A stretch of 48,524 nucleotides of DNA, from assembly GCA_012862495.1 (NCBI GenBank), contig BLSG01000025.1:12120-60643 (forward strand). The letters run 5' to 3'. The notes below the pieces were generated by a model, which was not told the origin of the DNA, ran no database searches, and was given only the letters and a program-made list of their open reading frames with translations. The stretch comes from Thraustochytrium aureum (lineage: Eukaryota). Positions within the stretch are counted from its first letter, which is position 1; each line of letters opens with the position of its first letter. The position numbers and the translations under genes are program-made. Positions 42,901 to 48,524 of this stretch are shown here, piece after piece.

Positions 42901-44023
42901 AGGGCCGCGCGACTTTGTGGGCGAGGTTGAAGTCTCGCTATGCATTGCGGTATCTTGGCCAGCCCCGCCTTCTTCTTCGTCGTCTTCCAGGTCAAGAAGG
43001 TCCACGCCAGCCCCCAGCTCTTCGCCCTCAAAGTCACTTGCTGACGGCTTGGCACGTGACGCGTCCGTGTCAGCGCCGCTCTCGTCAAGCTCGCTGTCGA
43101 CGGGGTCATACCCACTGTCGTCAGAGCTGGCCCGAAACATGCGTGCGTCCGGCGGCTGGACCGCGTTCGCGATAGCCTTGCGGAGAAGGTCCTCCTGCAC
43201 TGCAGGGGATTTGGCAGTGTGGGTACCTTGGGCGACTTGGACCGACACGGCGGAAGCAATCTTTGGAATGTCTGGGGCCTCCTGCGTTTGCGACGAGCCG
43301 GGGCTTGCGAGCGGGCTTTGCGGGAAAACATCGCTTGGGCCTGCTGGCTCGTCCACGAGCGGGCTGGCGAGCGGGCTCGCCGCTGGCCGTGGAGCCGACT
43401 GGGACGTGGTTTCGCTGGCCTCATCAGAGTCTACTGAGCGAGGTTTGGGGGAAGCGCGGTGCTTTGCCGATTCGCGCGGAGAGCCAGGATCCTCCCACGT
43501 GCTCTCGCCGGTCTCCTTGTTGAAATAATAATGCCGCTTGTACTTGTCGTCCCAGTGCCTAGACCAGGGACCAACGCGCTTTTGCGGAGCCTTGACGATC
43601 TCTGGCTCCGTCCACGTGCGCTGGTTGGTAACTGTGTTGAAAAAGTAGTGCCGCTGATGCTTCTCACTGAACGCCATGTGCCAGCCATTGCCTGCTCACG
43701 CGGCCCCGCGTCAGCTTCACGCTCAAGCCCCCCGCCGTCTGCGCCCTGCAGGCGCGCTCCAGACTCACCAAGTCGTCNNNNNNNNNNNNNNNNNNNNNNN
43801 NNNNNNNNNNNNNNNNNNNNNNNNNNNNNNNNNNNNNNNNNNNNNNNNNNNNNNNNNNNNNNNNNNNNNNNNNNNNNNNNNNNNNNNNNNNNNNNNNNNN
43901 NNNNNNNNNNNNNNNNNNNNNNNNNNNNNNNNNNNNNNNNNNNNNNNNNNNNNNNNNNNNNNNNNNNNNNNNNNNNNNNNNNNNNNNNGCCGGCGGCATG
44001 GCCAGCAGTGTTTTTTCGTCCAT
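39904..44023 (-). CDS. Large, mostly disordered acidic protein with N-terminal WW domains
   Basis: WW motifs GWHMAFSEKHQRHYFFNTVTNQRTWTEP and GPWSRHWDDKYKRHYYFNKETGESTWEDP. Intron 43768-43692 (GTGAGT...GCTGAC...GCAG). Probable ATG at 44023 (MDEKTLLAMPP). The gene spans two gaps and has a frameshift in a C-run at 41060-41065. Confidence 0.78.
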
Positions 44024-44247
44024 GGCGGCGACCGAGCCGCCCAGATTCGCCGCTCCGCCGCCGCGGCTGCGCCCGTGGCAGCGCCCGAGGCAGCGCCCGT
44101 GGCAGCTACGGAAGGCTTGTGCTGCAGCTGCTTCCGCCGCCTTCGGCGCTCTCCCGCGCGGCGCTGTTGCGCGTCTGACGACTCGCGGGTCCTGGAGGCC
44201 AACTACTCGCTGCGTCCGCAACCCCAGGATGCCCGTCTCACTTGTGG

Positions 44248-45446
44248 ATGGACATTTGGCGTCCACTGGGCAACCGCGCAACCGCGAGCGGCCAGGACGG
44301 CGCCGCGCGGCGGTTTGTGGGCGGAAGACGCGTCGCCGGGGCGTGGAAGGCGGCCGGCGATGCCTGCAAGGAGCTCACGGGAGTCGGGACTCGCGACGCT
44401 GACGACCGCGCCAGGACGGGCAAGTTGGGCGAGAAGAAGACGGGTTGCACTGCCCGCCGAGCCGCAGCAGCCGCTCGGCGAGAACGCTGGCGACGGCGCG
44501 CTCAAGACGAGCCTGCGCGGTCGGCTTGCTGACCGGGGCAGGGCTGAGGACGCGGTCGTGGGTAGCTGGGATCAAGGTGGCGACCTCCACATGGCGACGA
44601 GCCACACCTCGTCTGACGCGCTGCTCGTCTGACGCGGTGGGCAGCTAGCTGCAAGCTGCCGTCGCGGGAGCAGGGACTGAGCAAACCGCCGGCAGCAGCG
44701 GCAGCGGCACGGCCAGTGGCGCGTCGACGATTTCTGCCAAGGCTCGGTCCGGTTTCCCGCCACAGCCCCACTGGGGTCGTTCCAGCCGCAGACCTCGCAA
44801 CACGGCGGCGACACGGCGCGTCGCTGCGACATGCGCCGCTTGTCCATCATGCCCAACGCAACGATGACGAACAGAAAAGCTCGCTGAGGCCCCCTGCAGC
44901 GTCCAGTTTCTTCGCCTGCCGGTGCGCCTGAAATCGCCAGATCGCCACGTCGGTTTATCGAGCTCTCGCGTGGCGATCGACAGCACAGATCGCGAGGATC
45001 AACGCCCCACCAAAGTCGAACAGCGAAAGCGCAATCTGATCGTGTCGCCGGAACAGCTGCGCGCGCGCCAAAGAACACTGCGCGCGATTAGAGTACTGAG
45101 TAGAGCGCACCCAAACTGCAGGCGGGGCCGCCCCCGGGGCGGTCCACACCAGCCAGTTCTTCTCTGGCTCGCGACGCATCGGCGAATCGGAGAGCAGCCG
45201 CGCCCGGCGACGGGACTGCGCGACCTGCTGCAATCGCGACGACGAAAGCCGAAGCGCTTGAAAAAAGCCGAGTTGGTGGATTCCTCCTGGGCCAGCCAGC
45301 ATACAGGTGTCGATCTTTCACCGAATCCGACAGGCGGGCGGTGTGCGAGTTGCGAATGCACGTTCGACTCGGTTCTTGGGCTCGTCTTCCGCTCCAATCT
45401 GCGCATGGCTGGCTGGTGTGCGCATTTGCCTCGCTGGATCATCTGA
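44248..45446 (+). CDS. Possible hypothetical protein, broken over several frames
   Basis: Protein-like segments (MDIWRPLGNRA..., VEQRKRNLIVSPEQLRARQRTLRAI, CASCECTFDSVLGLVF) run divergently from the WW gene. No family was recognised. Confidence 0.3.
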
Positions 45447-45838
45447 TGATGCTACTAGTATGAGTGTCGTTTGCGCGCTGGTCCGCCACCACCTGCGGGC
45501 GAGGAGCCAAGCGCGTTGAGAGAGAGACTCAATGACGAGCTTGTTCGAAAACAAACGAACCGCCACGAGCTCGTAGCACGTTGCGCCCTTGGCCAGCTCG
45601 GCCATAGCCGTGTGCGGCCATCATTTTGAGCGCGAGAAAACGCCCAGAAATCCGAGAAACCAAAACTCTGAATCAGAGAGAAGTGGCGGTGTGTGGAGTC
45701 TTGTCCATGATCCCCAAGACTCGCGGCGTCCACCGCACTAGCGTCTCACCACGGCGACGCGTCACCTCGGGGCTTGCCGCTGGAGCCGCCCGCCCGCCCG
45801 AACGCCCTCCCCACCTAGCGCGCAGCTGCCACTTGGGC

Positions 45839-45872
45839 CAGCAGCTGCAGCAGCAGCAGCAGCAGCAGCAGC
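45839..45872. repeat. (CAG)n microsatellite
   Basis: About 11 CAG units with one CTG interruption. Confidence 0.9.
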
Positions 45873-46523
45873 GCCAGCGCCAAGGCCAGACTCCTCCGTG
45901 CGCGGCTCGCTGCCGCCAGACTCTGAGGTGGGAGGGGCGGGAGAGGGCGGTCGTCTCAAGAGGGTGGTGCGTTGTCGTCAGGATTCGGAGACCGTGCTCC
46001 GTGGTGCGGTAGGACAGGTATTTCGCTCGTTGGATGAGATTCTTCGACGCGCTACCTATGCCCAGCGACGAGCCAGCACGCGACGCGCCCGTGCTCTCAC
46101 TACTGCGTCCCACTCGTCCCTGCTTCGGCCAACGGCACCGTCGCTCGACGCAGACAGGGCAGGATCGGTAGCTACTGCAAGCGCTCTGGCCTCCCGCAGG
46201 CAGACCGTCACCCTATTGCTGGCCTCTGAACAGTGATGTTGGCGTGCTGTCCGAACAGACGTGCAGCGCCGAGTTCACGATCCGCACCGGGCGGCAACTG
46301 ACGACCGACCCGTGCCACAGTGCGATGCGGCAACTGACGACGCCCGCCAGCGAACCACAGGCCGAGTGGAGCGCGTCCTGCCAGCCGCGAATCTTCGAGC
46401 TCCCGTGCAGTCTCGTCGGCAGCTTGGCTCGGACAGCCGGCAGCCACACGTTCGGTCCTCCCTGACCTCCACAAACCGAGGCATGTGTGACGCTGCGCCG
46501 CCCGTCAGAGGAAAGCGCGCAGC

Positions 46524-46586
46524 GCACGAGCTGCGCGAGCTGCACGAGCTGCGCGAGCTGCACGAGCTGCACGAGCTGCACGAGCT
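46524..46586. repeat. 9-bp tandem repeat x7 (GC[A/G]CGAGCT)
   Basis: Seven consecutive units, with A and G variants alternating in the first four. Confidence 0.93.
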
Positions 46587-48524
46587 GCTCGCCGCAAACC
46601 GCGCAGCCAATCAAAGAGAATCTCCCGCGTCCTGGGCCGCGGGCTCCCGTGCGGGCCTGGATCCACGGCGGAGTTTGCACCAGAGCTGGGACAAGCGCGC
46701 TCTTCCATCAAAATCGCACGAGTTGGCGTTGTCCGCTGCAGCTGCGCCATGACGCGCAGCCGGGCTTGCTGCGCAGCGAGGACGCTCTACCAGGGCTCTC
46801 TCTCCACGGACGCGCTGCCGCCTGGCGATGGACGCGCAGCCCCGCGTGAGCGAGCGAGCGAGCCTCGCATCTTGATGGCCGGCGGTCGCGTCGTGAGAGA
46901 CCGAATTGTGCCTCTTTCCTTCACCCTTCCTCCTCCCCCTCCTTGCGTGGCCGAACGAACGAACGAACGAACGAGCGAACATCGGTCGACCGATCGATCG
47001 TTCTATCTCTTGATTGCTTTCAAAACTCCAAACAAGACGAGCAGGAGAAGAAGGCCACAGGAGAAGAAGGCCACGATCGCGTTCTGGAAGGGCCAACGTG
47101 CGCTGCTCCTCCACGCTTCTGAGGGCGTGGCGGCTGCGCTGGCTGCGATGTGACGCGCAGTGCACGTCCCACCTCCTTCAGCAAGGAAACGTGAAGAGCC
47201 TTGGTGAGAGCACGAGGAGGTAAACAAACCTGGAAAGGTTCAAGTCCGCCCAATGAAGGTTTGGTTTTCTCTTGATCAATCAAGAAGGGACGACAAGAAG
47301 AGGAGCAACTTGAAGATCCATCGACTCGGGCGCACACTGCGTTCCTCAGGGCCCTTTGGGTCGGTTTTCGGATGGGGGATTTGATTCGTTTTGTTTTGTT
47401 TGTTTTTTGTGTTGTTTTTCTTGGTCAAAATCGGAGGAGGACCTGCGGCGCGATGATGATCTTCATCGCCATCATGAACGACATCGACTCGACGATACTC
47501 CTCCCGCGGCAGCAGCTCGGCCGATGGGTCACCGGTAGGCCGGGCTCCGCCAAGCCTCTCGAGAGGAACTCGTTGTCAGGACGGCTTGCCTGCCCGCCGG
47601 CCTGCCTGCCTCTGTGGGCGCCCTCGCGCAGCCAGCCTCCCTCTCCAGGCGGGCGGTGCCTTGCGCAGCAGCCTCTTGCACTGGCCAGAGGGTGCTCTGG
47701 CATCGTCGGTCAGAAACTCGACTGACTCACCTACGTGCATGCCAGCCCGCTCTGAGTTCGCGTCGTTCGACGAAGCGCGCAAGGGAGGCCGCCTCTCAAT
47801 TCGAGTTGTTTTCGTCCCCCAGGCCGTCAAGGTTCGGAGCCTTGCTTTCGCTGCTGGCGTCTCGGTGTGCAGCGTAGCGTGCCAGTGCGTCGCTGCAGCG
47901 AGAAAAAAAACGATCGCCGGGCGGACGCGGAGGAGACACGACTCGGGAGAGGCCTCCTTGGCGAGCTCTCTGTGTTCGAAAACGCCACGTTCTTTCCCTC
48001 TCGAGAGAGAGAGTGGTTTGAATGAAAGCTGCTGCTGCTCTGACGACGAGCGAGCGGCTGGGCTCATCGATCGCGTTGGGTGGAATCTGGGATTTCATTC
48101 CAGGCAGATTGCGTCCAATCGAGGCGGCCCAGCACGCCTGGCACAACGTGCTGGCTGGTGGGTAGATAGGTGCCCAACTTTGTGAAACGCACGGCAAACT
48201 CGCTGCGTCATCTGCCTTCGACGACGTGAATGCCTGCCTTGCACCAAGGACTTGCACCAGTTCCTCCACAGACACAGACAGCAGCTGCATCACTGGGCCT
48301 GTGATTGGGGTCGTGCAGTTGCGCATCCAAAGCCGCAACTGGCAGCCGCACAGTCGCACGACGGTTCGCTCAAAAGGAGCAGACAGACTGGCGCCCCGCA
48401 GCCCCGTCCTTCACGCAGAGCCAGCCACGCTCGAACAACCAGCGAGGATGCCTCCTGTTGCCGTGACAGGCGCCAGCCTCGAGCCCCCCTGCCGCCTGAC
48501 AAGCAGCAACGCCTGCTGCCCCAC

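Overview
This is GC-rich eukaryotic nuclear DNA from a gapped draft scaffold with 12 N-gaps. The compact genes, short GT-AG introns (about 70-155 bp) with TGAC branch points, and gene content suggest a flagellated heterotrophic protist. A stramenopile such as a thraustochytrid is an inference only. About 17 protein genes can be supported: a two-Yippee-domain protein, a twin zf-CW chromatin reader, a Zn2Cys6-like + PAS-like transcription factor, an SDR, SDHB, a class II (metallo-beta-lactamase) cNMP phosphodiesterase with a cNMP-binding domain, a type II membrane sulfotransferase, a Rubisco-LSMT-like SET protein, an ankyrin protein, a non-RD CAMK-group kinase, an Asp/Asn beta-hydroxylase-domain protein, a claudin/amastin-like tetraspan, a bacterial-type NCS2 permease, a TEX49/SPMIP11-like protein, a PH-DnaJ-PH protein, a WW-domain protein and a partial IQ-motif protein. 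At 27.1-29.1 kb lies a decayed pogo/Tc5-type DDE transposase, together with a diverged, inverted, stop-containing second copy of its C-terminal region. At least eight single-base frameshifts break otherwise good genes, and each can be fixed by one base in a short base run, so they are most likely sequencing errors. No rRNA, tRNA or CRISPR array was recognised. All family assignments are by eye from motifs; no database search was run.
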